NCBI GenBank assembly: GCA_038061275.1
Contig: JBBTZQ010000018.1
Location: 1 to 61,785, forward strand
From: Patescibacteria group bacterium
GTDB lineage: Bacteria > Patescibacteriota > Minisyncoccia > Phycocordibacterales > UBA1550
Direction: 5' to 3'
DNA length: 61,785 bases
Shown here piece after piece: positions 9,299 through 19,246 of this stretch. Below the pieces are notes generated by a model, which ran no database searches, had not been told where the DNA came from, and saw nothing but the letters and a program-made list of their open reading frames with translations. A program made the translations under genes and the position numbers. Every line of letters begins with the position of its first letter. Position 1 is the first letter of the stretch.

Positions 9299-10396
9299 AT
9301 GGCATTAGCAATCGGTATCGTGGGACTTCCAAACGTTGGCAAATCGACGCTTTTCAATGCGCTTACTAAAAAAAGCGTTCCTGCGGAAAACTATCCATTC
9401 TGCACAATCGACCCATCAGTCGGCGTTGTTGCTGTCCCAGACGAGCGCTTGGAGCTCCTTGCGAAATTTTCAAATACAAAAAAAATAGTTCCTGCCGCTG
9501 TGGAGTTCGTTGACATTGCGGGACTCGTCAAAGGCGCGTCCGAGGGTGAAGGTCTCGGTAACCAATTCCTCGCGCATATTCGTGAGACCGATGCCATCGC
9601 GCAGGTCGTGCGAATCTTTGAAGATGACAATGTGATTCATGTGAGCGGAAAGATTGATCCTGTGTCTGACATTGAGACTATCAACCTTGAACTCATACTT
9701 GCTGACATGCAGACGGTGGGTAAGCGACTCGGCAATATCGAAAAAGACGTGAAGCGAGGTGCGAAAGAAGCGATACAAGAAAAAGAAATACTTACGCGCG
9801 TGAAAGAAGCGCTAGAATCTGAAAAGCTCGCGCGCGAAGTGAAACTGAACGAGGAAGAGCTCGCTATCCTCCGCACAATGCACCTCCTCACGATGAAGCC
9901 TATTTTGTTCGTACTTAATAAAAAGGCGGGCGGAAAAAATCTAGACGAAACTAAAGACGAACGATATGAAAAACTTTTGGAATATATTAAGAAGCTTAAT
10001 TCACACTGTGTGATTGTCGACGCTGGCGTTGAGCACGATTTGTCGTCGCTTGAGGGTGAGGAGAAAGAACTTTTTCGAGAAGAACTTGGTGTAAAGGACG
10101 ATGGTATAAACAACCTCATCAAAAAAAGCTACGAGATGCTCGGACTTGAAACATATCTCACGACTGGAGAAGTAGAAACGCGCGCATGGACAATCAAAAA
10201 GGGAAGTACCGCTCCTGTCGCTGGCATGGCAATCCATACCGATTTCAAAGATAAGTTTATTCGTGCAGAAGTCATCTTCTGGAAAGACCTTTTAGATGCT
10301 GGTTCATTTGCAAACGCTCGCGAGAAGGGGCTTATGCGTGTGGAGGGGAAGGAGTATATCGTCAAAGACGGGGATGTGATGGAATTTAGGGTATAA
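9299..10396 (+). CDS. ychF: ribosome-binding ATPase YchF (Obg-like GTPase family)
   Basis: [24 protein letters not shown]-loop, ..YPFCTIDP.., C-terminal TGS-like ..[16 protein letters not shown]. Confidence 0.95.
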   Translation: MALAIGIVGLPNVGKSTLFNALTKKSVPAENYPFCTIDPSVGVVAVPDERLELLAKFSNTKKIVPAAVEFVDIAGLVKGASEGEGLGNQFLAHIRETDAIAQVVRIFEDDNVIHVSGKIDPVSDIETINLELILADMQTVGKRLGNIEKDVKRGAKEAIQEKEILTRVKEALESEKLAREVKLNEEELAILRTMHLLTMKPILFVLNKKAGGKNLDETKDERYEKLLEYIKKLNSHCVIVDAGVEHDLSSLEGEEKELFREELGVKDDGINNLIKKSYEMLGLETYLTTGEVETRAWTIKKGSTAPVAGMAIHTDFKDKFIRAEVIFWKDLLDAGSFANAREKGLMRVEGKEYIVKDGDVMEFRV

Positions 10397-10509
10397 ATTT
10401 ACCCCATCTTCTTTGTTGCGGGTCCTTGCTCGCTCGTCATCGTACTACCTAGTACGCCTTCTCGCTCACTTTCCCGCGCCTCGAATCTGAGGCAATTTAT
10501 ACCCTAAAT
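10384..10509. repeat. 126-bp element bounded by a perfect 16-bp inverted repeat (ATTTAGGGTATAAATT / AATTTATACCCTAAAT) enclosing a C/T-rich, GC-enriched core
   Basis: Arms at 10384-10399 and 10494-10509 read directly. The left arm contains the ychF stop codon. The right arm is followed by ATTTTT. Confidence 0.7.
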
Positions 10510-10614
10510 ATTTTTAGTACAAATTCTTGTTGCATATTTAAGGTGTGGGTGTATCATTGAAAGAACGGTCAAATAGTTTAGGCGTCGATTTACAAGATAC
10601 ATAATTTTTATATC

Positions 10615-11574
10615 ATGGAACAAATTCAACAAAAGCCAAAGACGTCACCCAAAGATTTTTTTCTCAATCTAGGCGCAATATTCCTGCTCTACTTTCTCGT
10701 CGTCAATATCATCACTCTCTTGTTTCAAACAATCGATACTGCTTTCCCGCGCTCGCTTGCAGAGGGATACTACGGAGCACCTGACATTAGTTTTCCACTT
10801 GCGGCGCTCATTATTGGATTTCCATTCTTCCTCTATCTCTCACGAGTTCTTCACACAGGGGAGGAAGCAGAGCCTGCAAAGCGCGAACTCCCAGTACATA
10901 AATGGCTGACATTTATCACACTCTTCATTGCGGGCGCGACGATGGTCGTTGACCTCATTATCCTCTTGAGTACATTCCTCCGTGGAGATGAGATCACTAC
11001 GGGATTCATTTTGAAAGTATTCGCAGTTCTCATCATCGCAGGATTTATCTACGGATACTATATATCTAACCTTCGCTACAAGGGCGTGAAGCCAATCAAG
11101 AAATATTTTGCGTATGGAGCAACTGTGTTCGTCATCATTGTAATCGCGTGGGGTTTCTCAGTATTCGGTTCTCCTGCAACTCAAAAAGCAATGCGCTACG
11201 ATAGCGAGCGTGTGTCGAGTCTTCAGTCGATTCAATATCAGGTTCTCGAATATTGGCAGGCAAAGAAGACTGTTCCAGAAAATATAAATGGACTCAAGGA
11301 TGAGATTCGCGGAGTTACAGTTTCTGTAGACCCGCGCACAGGCGAATCATACGGATATGAAAAACTTTCTGCAACCACGTTCAAACTTTGCGCGACCTTT
11401 GAGCGCGAGGGCGGGAAGTCGAATGTTGCCAATAGGGAATCTATTCCAAAACCCGTTATGATTGGCGGTATAGTCAGCGAATACTGGGGACATGATGCAG
11501 GTGTCGTTTGTTTTGACCGCACCATCGACCCAACTCGCTATCCTGAAGCAATGAAGATTCCGCTCATGCAATAA
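10615..11574 (+). CDS. membrane protein with DUF5671-like N-terminal domain
   Basis: ..PKDFFLNLGAIFLLYFLVVNIITLLFQTID.. plus 4-5 further TM helices, as in DUF5671 proteins common in CPR genomes. Soluble C-terminal domain. Confidence 0.5.
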   Translation: MEQIQQKPKTSPKDFFLNLGAIFLLYFLVVNIITLLFQTIDTAFPRSLAEGYYGAPDISFPLAALIIGFPFFLYLSRVLHTGEEAEPAKRELPVHKWLTFITLFIAGATMVVDLIILLSTFLRGDEITTGFILKVFAVLIIAGFIYGYYISNLRYKGVKPIKKYFAYGATVFVIIVIAWGFSVFGSPATQKAMRYDSERVSSLQSIQYQVLEYWQAKKTVPENINGLKDEIRGVTVSVDPRTGESYGYEKLSATTFKLCATFEREGGKSNVANRESIPKPVMIGGIVSEYWGHDAGVVCFDRTIDPTRYPEAMKIPLMQ

Positions 11575-11600
11575 AGACCTCTGAGTTTTTCAATATCGAA

Positions 11601-11637
11601 CGCAAAATTACCGCCTTGTTTAGGCGGTAATTTTGCG
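11601..11637 (+). terminator. terminator hairpin (16-bp perfect stem)
   Basis: cgcaaaattaccgcct tgttt aggcggtaattttgcg. The T-tract lies within the 3' arm. Confidence 0.65.
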
Positions 11638-11663
11638 TTACTATGAGACAACAAAGACCTATT

Positions 11664-14078
11664 ATGAAATCCTACAATCACAACGATATTGAAAAAAAGT
11701 GGCAGAACGCTTGGAACGAAGCGAAGCTTTATCGTACCAGCGATGACAGTTCAAAGCCAAAGTGCTATGTACTCGACATGTTCCCGTATCCTTCAGGCGA
11801 TGGGCTTCATGTGGGACACCCAAAGGGGTATATAGCTACAGACGTGTACTCACGTATGAAAACGATGCAAGGCTTCAATGTGCTTCATCCGATGGGATGG
11901 GACGCATTTGGTCTGCCCGCAGAACAGTTCGCAATAAAAAACAAAGTGCACCCGAGTGTCGCTGTAAAAAATAATACTCAAAGATACAAGGAACAGTTAG
12001 AGATGATAGGATTCAACTACGACTGGGACCGAGAAATAAATACGACCGATCCTAAGTTCTATAAATGGACACAATGGACGTTCCTTAAAATGCTTGAGCG
12101 GGGACTCGCATACGAATCATACGAGCCAATTAACTGGTGTCCAAAATGTCAGACAGGACTTGCGAACGAGGACCTCGAAGATGGGAAGTGTGAGCGATGC
12201 GAAACGCCTGTAGAAAAGAAACCGATGCGTCAGTGGGTGCTCCGCATCACCGACTATGCAGACCGCATGCTTGCCGACCTCGATAAACTTGATTGGCCTA
12301 CCTCAATAAAAGAATCACAGAGAAACTGGATCGGGCGAAGCGAAGGCGCTGAGATTACCTTTCAGCTTGAAGTTGCTGGACAAAGCGATGAAGCACACAA
12401 TGTCACGGTGTTCACGACGCGACCTGATACGATATTTGGGGCGACGTATCTTGCAGTATCTCCTGAGCATGCGCAAAAATGGATTGATGCAGGATGGACA
12501 CCAGACTCTTCCGTGTCTCAATATATTAAAACAACGCTGGTTGAAAATTCCGTGCGTTCATTTGTGGAGCGTGTGAAGACAGGAGTATTTTCTGGAATAT
12601 TTGCAATCAATCCCGTGAATAACGAAAAGGTTCCAGTCTGGGTCGTGAACTATGTTTTAGGCGACGTAGGAACGGGAGCGATCATGGGTGTGCCTGCACA
12701 CGATGAACGCGATTTTGCGTTTGCTGAGAAATTTTCTATTTCAATAAAAACAGTCGTTGAGCCTAAGAAGAAAGATTCAAATCTTGAAAAAGAAAAAATA
12801 TTTACCGGAGTTGGAACACTCGTAAATTCGGGCGAATTTACTGGACAAGAAAGTGAAAAAGCAAAAGCTGAAATAGTAAAGCATGTGAAAGGACGCATGG
12901 TTACGAAATATCGTTTGAAAGACTGGGTATTTTCTCGTCAGCGCTATTGGGGCGAGCCAATACCCATTATTCACTGTGAAAAGTGTGGTGTTGTTCCTGT
13001 GCCTGAGAAAGATCTTCCGGTAATGCTTCCGCAGGTAGAATCCTATGAACCAACTGGCACAGGGGAATCTCCACTTGCGGATATTGCCGAGTGGGTCAAC
13101 ACGACATGTCCAAAATGTGGTGGAAAAGCAAAGCGAGAAACGAACACGATGCCTCAGTGGGCAGGTTCGTCATGGTACTATTTGCGCTTTATGGATCCGC
13201 ATAATGATACTGCGCTCGTAGATAAAGACAAAGAAAAATATTGGTCACCTGTCGATCTATATGTTGGCGGTGCGGAACATGCAACACGTCACCTTATCTA
13301 CGCGCGATTCTGGCACAAGTTTCTTTTTGATATTGGTGTTGTGAATTTTGAGGAGCCGTTCAAGCGTCTTCAGAATGTCGGGCTCATACAATCAGCCGAT
13401 GGAAGAAAGATGAGCAAGCGGTGGGGGAATGTAATAAACCCCGATGATGTGGTGAAAACATTTGGAGCGGATACACTTCGTGTGTATGAGATGTTCATGG
13501 GACCCTTCAATCAAGGAGTTGTGTGGAATACGGAGAGCATTGTAGGCCCACGAAGATTTCTAGATCGCGTGTGGAAGCTGCATACAAAAATAAACGACGC
13601 TTCGCGCAATGATGAACATGATGCGATCATCCACAAGACGATAAAAAAGGTGAGCGATGATATTGAAACATTTGGTTTCAATACCGCAATATCAACACTA
13701 ATGATCTTGCTCAATGACATGGAGAAAACCGAAATGATATCGAGAGAACATTACGAGACGCTACTCATTCTTCTTGCTCCGTTTGCACCGCATATCACTG
13801 AAGAATTGTGGTATGAGATTGGAAATAAGAATTCGATCCACCTTGCTTCATGGCCTTCCTTTGATGCGACCAAGATCATTGAAAAAGATATTACGATGGT
13901 CATTCAAGTGAACGGAAAAGTGCGCGATACGATTGTCGTGCCACTTCATACGGTGGAGGCGGAAATAAAGGAAATAATACTCTCTCGCCCACTTATCGTA
14001 AAGTGGCTCGAAGGCAAGAATATCGTGAAGATGATATTCGTTCCTGGCAAACTGATGAACATCCTTCTATCAGAATAG
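11664..14078 (+). CDS. leuS: leucine--tRNA ligase
   Basis: ..MFPYPSGDGLHVGHPKGY.. (HIGH), ..KMSKRWGN.. (KMSKS), and CP1 editing domain. ATG at 11643 is an alternative start. Confidence 0.95.
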   Translation: MKSYNHNDIEKKWQNAWNEAKLYRTSDDSSKPKCYVLDMFPYPSGDGLHVGHPKGYIATDVYSRMKTMQGFNVLHPMGWDAFGLPAEQFAIKNKVHPSVAVKNNTQRYKEQLEMIGFNYDWDREINTTDPKFYKWTQWTFLKMLERGLAYESYEPINWCPKCQTGLANEDLEDGKCERCETPVEKKPMRQWVLRITDYADRMLADLDKLDWPTSIKESQRNWIGRSEGAEITFQLEVAGQSDEAHNVTVFTTRPDTIFGATYLAVSPEHAQKWIDAGWTPDSSVSQYIKTTLVENSVRSFVERVKTGVFSGIFAINPVNNEKVPVWVVNYVLGDVGTGAIMGVPAHDERDFAFAEKFSISIKTVVEPKKKDSNLEKEKIFTGVGTLVNSGEFTGQESEKAKAEIVKHVKGRMVTKYRLKDWVFSRQRYWGEPIPIIHCEKCGVVPVPEKDLPVMLPQVESYEPTGTGESPLADIAEWVNTTCPKCGGKAKRETNTMPQWAGSSWYYLRFMDPHNDTALVDKDKEKYWSPVDLYVGGAEHATRHLIYARFWHKFLFDIGVVNFEEPFKRLQNVGLIQSADGRKMSKRWGNVINPDDVVKTFGADTLRVYEMFMGPFNQGVVWNTESIVGPRRFLDRVWKLHTKINDASRNDEHDAIIHKTIKKVSDDIETFGFNTAISTLMILLNDMEKTEMISREHYETLLILLAPFAPHITEELWYEIGNKNSIHLASWPSFDATKIIEKDITMVIQVNGKVRDTIVVPLHTVEAEIKEIILSRPLIVKWLEGKNIVKMIFVPGKLMNILLSE

Positions 14079-14127
14079 CTTATGGAATAAGGGTTTAATA
14101 CATATTTTGACGACTTAACGCAAACCC

Positions 14128-14156
14128 TTGACTTATCTCCGCATTGATGATAAAGT
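14128..14156 (+). promoter_or_regulatory. sigma70-type promoter (TTGACT-N17-TAAAGT)
   Basis: Hexamers and 17-nt spacing read directly, about 45 nt upstream of the 14202 start. Confidence 0.45.
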
Positions 14157-14201
14157 CTATGTATTGTATATAAGGTTACCTATTAATATTTATTAATTTT
14201 T

Positions 14202-15230
14202 ATGTCTACTATCACTTTCAAACCAAAACAAGTCGCGAAGCGCCTCATCTCATCTCTTTCACCGAGAGCTCTTGATGTTATGGTAAAACGCTATGGGCTT
14301 GGAGAAAGCACCGACCGCATGACGCTTGAGGGTATTGGTGGTACTTACAGTATTACACGCGAGCGCGTTCGTCAGATCGAGAACTTTGCGCTTGCAACAA
14401 TCAAAAAATCAGACGCATTCAAAAAAGAGGTGGAGGTTTTTGCGGAACTTCATAAGCTTGTCGTCTCAATGGGTGGAGTTGTCTGTGAGGAAGATTTTCT
14501 TATGCACGTTTCTAAGGACCCAAGCATCCAGAACCACATGTACTTCTTGCTCGTGCTTGGTGACGAGTTCAAGCGTGAAAAAGAAGATGAAAATTTCAAG
14601 CATCGTTGGATTGTTGATGATAAAACTTCAATGAAGGTCCACGAAGGACTTCGCAAGCTTTTTGAAACGCTCTCACATGACGACCTTATTCCTGAAGGCG
14701 AAATTGTGGCGACTTTCCTCGACCACTTGAAAGATGTTTCAGATGCATACAAGAATGAAGAGATTATCAAACGATGGCTCTCGCTTTCGAAGACAATTGC
14801 AAAGAATCCGCTCGGCGAATGGGGCATGGCAAACTCACACAACGTGAGCGCGCGCGGAATGCGCGACTATGCATACTTGATCATCCGCAAGCACGGATCT
14901 CCAATGCACTTCACTGAAGTAGCTGAGGCTATTACTGAAGTATTCCACAAGAAGGCTCACGTCGCCACCTGTCACAATGAACTCATCAAAGATGATCGTT
15001 TTGTGCTCGTCGGCCGTGGACTCTACGCGCTTTCATCATGGGGGTATGAAAAAGGTGTAGTGAAGGATGTCATTGTGAAAGTTCTCAAGAAAGAAGGACC
15101 ACTCTCAAAGAAAGACATCATTGACCGCGTTCTCAAAGAGCGTTATGTCAAAGAAAACACCGTCTTTGTAAATCTTCAAGACACTAAACTTTTCAAAAAA
15201 ACAAAGGACAGCAAATACGCTCTTGCGTAA
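14202..15230 (+). CDS. DNA-binding protein with sigma-70 region-4-like HTH and C-terminal HARE-HTH-like domain
   Basis: ..MTLEGIGGTYSITRERVRQIENFAL.. resembles sigma region 4.2. ..PMHFTEVAEAI...DDRFVLVGRGLYAL.. resembles HARE-HTH (RpoE-delta-like). Confidence 0.5.
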   Translation: MSTITFKPKQVAKRLISSLSPRALDVMVKRYGLGESTDRMTLEGIGGTYSITRERVRQIENFALATIKKSDAFKKEVEVFAELHKLVVSMGGVVCEEDFLMHVSKDPSIQNHMYFLLVLGDEFKREKEDENFKHRWIVDDKTSMKVHEGLRKLFETLSHDDLIPEGEIVATFLDHLKDVSDAYKNEEIIKRWLSLSKTIAKNPLGEWGMANSHNVSARGMRDYAYLIIRKHGSPMHFTEVAEAITEVFHKKAHVATCHNELIKDDRFVLVGRGLYALSSWGYEKGVVKDVIVKVLKKEGPLSKKDIIDRVLKERYVKENTVFVNLQDTKLFKKTKDSKYALA

Positions 15231-15240
15231 CAAGACACAA

Positions 15241-15283
15241 GAGAAAAGGCGTACGGTTCTAAATGAACCGTACGCCTTTTCTC
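15241..15283 (+). terminator. terminator hairpin (19-bp perfect stem)
   Basis: gagaaaaggcgtacggttc taaat gaaccgtacgccttttctc. Confidence 0.75.
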
Positions 15284-15303
15284 TTACTCAAATTTAGGAT
15301 ACA

Positions 15304-16566
15304 ATGTTCAGTATGGGATTTTTTGAAATACTCGGCTTGGGGGAATTGTATCAAAACACAATAGGGATACTTGCCTTCCTGCTTTCATGGGCTCCGTATT
15401 GGCTTCCAGTATTATTGTTTATGATTTTTGAACATGAGTGGATGAACTTTGTACGAGCTCAATGGAGAGCAAAGTTGAAATACATAATGCTTGAGGTTAA
15501 GCTCCCAAGGGAGATACACAAGTCTCCTTTAGCGATGGAGATAGCGCTTAATGCACTTTATCAAACTGCTCAGGGTCCAGGATGGCATAAATGGTGGAGG
15601 GGCAGAGTGCGAGATGAGTTTTCACTCGAGATGGTTTCAATCGGGGGACAAATACATTTCTTTATTCGTTGTTTAGGTAGCTATAAAGATTTAGTTGAAA
15701 CCCATTTGTATGCTCAGTACCCAGATATAGAAATTTTTGAAGTTCCCGATTATACACTTTACGTAGATTACCGCGGAAAAGAGGGGGATTGGGACGTTTT
15801 TGCCGCTGAATACAAGCTTTCAAAACCAGACGCATATCCAATAAAGACATATGTTGATTTTGGTCTCGACAAAGAAGGTATTAAGGAAGAATTTAAAATC
15901 GATCCACTTACTTCAGTGATTGAGTATCTTGGTTCTATGCGACCAGGGGAACAGCTTTGGATTCAGATTATTTTGCGTGCAGCAACAAAACGCTATAAGA
16001 AGAGTGATGGAACGATGGGCGACTGGAAGGATGAAGGAAAAGACCTTATCAAAAATTTTGTTGAAAAACTCACTAAGCAAAGAGGTGGGACAGACCCTAT
16101 GGGTATGCCAATGTTTAAGATGATGATGTTGACCGAGGTGGAGAAAGAGATTGTTACTGCAGTACAACGCAGTGTAGGAAAGCTCGGTTTTGATTGCGGT
16201 ATCAGGTCTATGTATGTCGCAAAAAAAGGAAAAATGAACTATGGTAACGTCAAGGGAATGAGCGGACTTTTCCGAGCGTTTTCTTCTTTAAACTTGAACA
16301 GCTTCGAGCTTGATGGAGAGTCGTATGGTTTTCAGTCTCCATGGCAAGATTACAAAGATTTGTATTTGACATACAAGCGAAAGAAGCATTTCAAGGCATA
16401 CAAACAGCGTTCATGGTTTTATCGTCCGCGGAAACTTCAACCGTTCGTTCTTAACTTGGAGGAAATTGCGACAATCTTTCATTTTCCTGGAGGAGTTGCT
16501 CAGACACCGACTTTTGGACGCATCCCTTCACGCAAATCAGAACCTCCTGTTAACCTGCCAATCTAA
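15304..16566 (+). CDS. hypothetical membrane protein (2 N-terminal TM helices plus about 350-aa soluble domain)
   Basis: 420-aa ORF. The C-terminal ..LEEIATIFHFPGG..PP.NLP resembles, from memory, the N-terminal module seen fused to VirD4/TraD/HerA-like ATPases in CPR and archaea. No ATPase motifs here. Confidence 0.5.
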   Translation: MFSMGFFEILGLGELYQNTIGILAFLLSWAPYWLPVLLFMIFEHEWMNFVRAQWRAKLKYIMLEVKLPREIHKSPLAMEIALNALYQTAQGPGWHKWWRGRVRDEFSLEMVSIGGQIHFFIRCLGSYKDLVETHLYAQYPDIEIFEVPDYTLYVDYRGKEGDWDVFAAEYKLSKPDAYPIKTYVDFGLDKEGIKEEFKIDPLTSVIEYLGSMRPGEQLWIQIILRAATKRYKKSDGTMGDWKDEGKDLIKNFVEKLTKQRGGTDPMGMPMFKMMMLTEVEKEIVTAVQRSVGKLGFDCGIRSMYVAKKGKMNYGNVKGMSGLFRAFSSLNLNSFELDGESYGFQSPWQDYKDLYLTYKRKKHFKAYKQRSWFYRPRKLQPFVLNLEEIATIFHFPGGVAQTPTFGRIPSRKSEPPVNLPI

Positions 16567-16572
16567 CTATCT

Positions 16573-17595
16573 ATGGAACAGGATTCACCTAAACAAGAAA
16601 AAGACAGACATTCTTATAAAAAATATTTTCAGTCCGATTTTTCCATCAAGAGAGAGCACGCTCCGAGAAATATTTTTGTAAGCTTGCTGTTTATTGGGGT
16701 ATCAATTGTGCTTTATTTTTCGCTACCACCAGACACCTTTCCTGTCGGAGAAACTATCGTGATTGAAGAGGGGATGCCACTCGGGAAAATATCTCAGAAG
16801 CTGGAAGAAAAGAATATTATTGCTTCTCGCACAATATTTGAATTGTGCATCATGCTGTATGGTGGTGACACGAAGATCATGCAGGGACCTTATATTTTTT
16901 CTGAGCCTGAAAATGCGTGCAAGATAGCATCGCGCTTTTCAAAGGGGGAATCCGGAGTCCCGCTTGTGAGGATAACAATCCCAGAAGGAACATCTAATCA
17001 AGGGATTGCGGTGATTGCTGAAAAAAACCTTTCACAGTTCGACAATGAAGCCTTTTTGTTAAAAGCAGAATCTCTGGAGGGTTATTTATTTCCTGAGACA
17101 TACTTTTTTTCTGCTACGGTGACTGAAGATAATATTATATCGGCAATGAGGGATGAATTTAGGACAAGAATCAAACCTTTTGAGAAACCTGTAAAAGATT
17201 CACAGCGTACACTGAACGATATAATCATTATGGCATCTATCCTTGAAAAAGAAGCGAAGACTTCTACTGACCAGGCTATCGTTGCGGGAATACTCTGGAA
17301 GAGAATTGAGATTGGCATGCCACTTCAAGTCGATGCCCCGTTTTACTATCTTCTCGGAAAGACATCTGCCGAAGTAACGCAAAGTGATCTTCGCATGGAT
17401 TCGCCTTACAATACGTATAAAAATAAGGGTCTGCCAATAGGTCCTATTGGCAACCCAGGCGAGGGGGCAATTAGGGCCGCAATCTTCTACAAAAAAACTC
17501 CCTATCTTTATTATCTCTCTGACAAAAACAACGTTATTCATTACGCAGCAACATTCGAAGAACATAAGAAGAATAAGGCAAAATATCTTAGATAG
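16573..17595 (+). CDS. mltG: endolytic murein transglycosylase MltG (YceG-like)
   Basis: N-terminal TM. ..ASILEKEA.., ..GLPIGPIGNPG.. and ..YYLSD..G.H.F..T..EH motifs of the YceG family. Confidence 0.9.
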   Translation: MEQDSPKQEKDRHSYKKYFQSDFSIKREHAPRNIFVSLLFIGVSIVLYFSLPPDTFPVGETIVIEEGMPLGKISQKLEEKNIIASRTIFELCIMLYGGDTKIMQGPYIFSEPENACKIASRFSKGESGVPLVRITIPEGTSNQGIAVIAEKNLSQFDNEAFLLKAESLEGYLFPETYFFSATVTEDNIISAMRDEFRTRIKPFEKPVKDSQRTLNDIIIMASILEKEAKTSTDQAIVAGILWKRIEIGMPLQVDAPFYYLLGKTSAEVTQSDLRMDSPYNTYKNKGLPIGPIGNPGEGAIRAAIFYKKTPYLYYLSDKNNVIHYAATFEEHKKNKAKYLR

Positions 17596-17603
17596 CTGAG
17601 GGC

Positions 17604-17632
17604 TTTACAAGGTACTTTAGTTAATGTATAGT
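17604..17632 (+). promoter_or_regulatory. sigma70-type promoter (TTTACA-N17-TATAGT)
   Basis: Hexamers read directly, upstream of the 17684 start, which has an AAGGAG SD. Confidence 0.45.
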
Positions 17633-17683
17633 ACCAGAGGTTCTTTTATGTAATTTTTTCTTTCTTTGAAAAGGAGTGTTATT

Positions 17684-17977
17684 ATGTCTCACCCTTCATT
17701 GATGAGAGTATATTTAACAAATGCACGATGTGATATCAGTCTTGGGGCTGAGTGTACTGTCGAGTACCCTGGCTCTCATGACTTCGGTTCGTTTTTTGAA
17801 TGCTCTATTTATGACAAGCAAAAAGCAGTTGTTGTCGGACTCAACGAAAGTTCGGTGGACATTGAACTGAAAACGGGGATGTATATCGGACGTATCGTTA
17901 AGAACGTGGACCCAAGACACCTCGTCTTTTCGGGCATCTTTGAACACGATGCCATTGCGGAAGAAGCTCTTTACTGA
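17684..17977 (+). CDS. hypothetical protein
   Basis: ATG at 17684 preceded by aaaAGGAGtgttatt. 97 aa with no recognisable motif. Terminator follows. Confidence 0.4.
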   Translation: MSHPSLMRVYLTNARCDISLGAECTVEYPGSHDFGSFFECSIYDKQKAVVVGLNESSVDIELKTGMYIGRIVKNVDPRHLVFSGIFEHDAIAEEALY

Positions 17978-17991
17978 AGCGAATCTAACAT

Positions 17992-18025
17992 TACCCAAAC
18001 CCTCATCCGGTTTGGGTAGATTTTT
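17992..18025 (+). terminator. rho-independent terminator
   Basis: tacccaaacc ctcatcc ggtttgggta followed by gattttt. Confidence 0.8.
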
Positions 18026-18060
18026 AAGGAAATGATTTCGTCTCGTTTCTTGAAAAATCT

Positions 18061-19140
18061 ATGAATAAAACAAAAGGAAAAGTATTTGTCGGCATGTCGG
18101 GTGGGGTTGATAGTTCCGTTTCAGCGGCGCTTCTCCAGAGAGAGGGCTATGAGGTGGTGGGGGTTTTTATGAAAGTATGGCAACCAGATTTCCTGCCGTG
18201 CACATGGGAAGATGAACGGAGAGATGCGATGCGCGTTGCGGCACATCTCGGCATTCCGCTCCTAACGTGGGACTTTGAAAAAGAATACAAAGAAGAGGTC
18301 GCTGACTATATGATTCGCGAGTACAAGCTTGGACGCACGCCGAACCCCGATGTCATGTGTAATAAGGAAATAAAATTCGGTGTATTTTTTCGGCGCGCCG
18401 TGGAGGAGGGGGCGGACTTCGTCGCGACGGGGCACTATGCGCAAGTAGTCTTTGATAAAAAAACTAATATTTATAAAATGCTTGCAGGAGTCGATGAGGC
18501 AAAAGATCAGTCATATTTTTTGTGGACGCTCGGGCAAGAGCAACTATCAAAAACATTCTTCCCTGTTGGCAAATATAAAAAGCCACACGTGCGCGACCTT
18601 GCGAAGAAATTCAAACTTCCCGTTGCAGAGAAGAAAGACAGCCAGGGACTCTGCTTCATGGGCAAGCTCGACATGAAGGATTTCCTCGGGCATTACATGG
18701 AAGAAAAAGAAGGGCGCGTGTTGAATGAGCGGGGAGAGACGGTCGGCACACATCGTGGGGCGTACTTCTATACGCTCGGAGAACGTCATGGATTTACGAT
18801 TACGCAAAAAGATACGGATAAAGAACGGTATTATGTCGTAGCAAAAGACCTGGAAAAGAACATCATCACGGTCGCTCATAACATAGAGGAGACCCTTGCA
18901 GAAACTTCAAAAGAGATTCATATCACTGATGTAAATTTTTGTCGAGGTATTCTGCCCGACATTACGTATTCATACACTGCACAGGTGCGGTATCATGGCG
19001 AGCATTATGATTGTCGCATTTCAACCGTCCACGACGATGAGCTTACCGTTCAATTTTCAAAGCCTGTCCTTGTTGCCCGCGGTCAATCTGTCGTTCTGTA
19101 CGACAAACAAGAATGTGTGGGTGGGGGAGTAGTTCAGTAA
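18061..19140 (+). CDS. mnmA: tRNA 2-thiouridine(34) synthase MnmA
   Basis: VGMSGGVDSSVSA PP-loop, ..NPDVMCNKEIKF.., ..KDQSYFL.., ..DSQGLCF.. Confidence 0.95.
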   Translation: MNKTKGKVFVGMSGGVDSSVSAALLQREGYEVVGVFMKVWQPDFLPCTWEDERRDAMRVAAHLGIPLLTWDFEKEYKEEVADYMIREYKLGRTPNPDVMCNKEIKFGVFFRRAVEEGADFVATGHYAQVVFDKKTNIYKMLAGVDEAKDQSYFLWTLGQEQLSKTFFPVGKYKKPHVRDLAKKFKLPVAEKKDSQGLCFMGKLDMKDFLGHYMEEKEGRVLNERGETVGTHRGAYFYTLGERHGFTITQKDTDKERYYVVAKDLEKNIITVAHNIEETLAETSKEIHITDVNFCRGILPDITYSYTAQVRYHGEHYDCRISTVHDDELTVQFSKPVLVARGQSVVLYDKQECVGGGVVQ

Positions 19141-19160
19141 AGCTGAACCATAACGACTGT

Positions 19161-19188
19161 TTGACAAATGTACGGTAAGTGGTATACT
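19161..19188 (+). promoter_or_regulatory. sigma70-type promoter (TTGACA-N16-TATACT)
   Basis: Consensus -35, TG-containing spacer end, and a good -10, about 60 nt upstream of 19247. Confidence 0.45.
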
Positions 19189-19246
19189 CTAATAAGAGTT
19201 TTTTGACCTGGCATCCCAGGAGTTCATCACAATAGGGGATTATCGA

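Noticed and set aside
10400-10493. tRNA, SRP (4.5S) RNA or other known small RNA in the GC-rich ychF-downstream core
   Set aside because: No cloverleaf can be drawn. The gcctc-gaatct-gaggc hairpin has a 6-nt loop rather than a 7-nt T-loop. No GGAA tetraloop or AGCAGC SRP domain-IV motif is present on either strand. The two long arms are both pyrimidine-rich and cannot pair.
11575-11663. T-box or other leader riboswitches upstream of leuS (and of alaS, trpS, aspS, gltX)
   Set aside because: The intergenic spaces are 6-90 nt, too short for a T-box (about 200 nt or more). The leuS-upstream hairpin is adequately explained as the terminator of the preceding gene.
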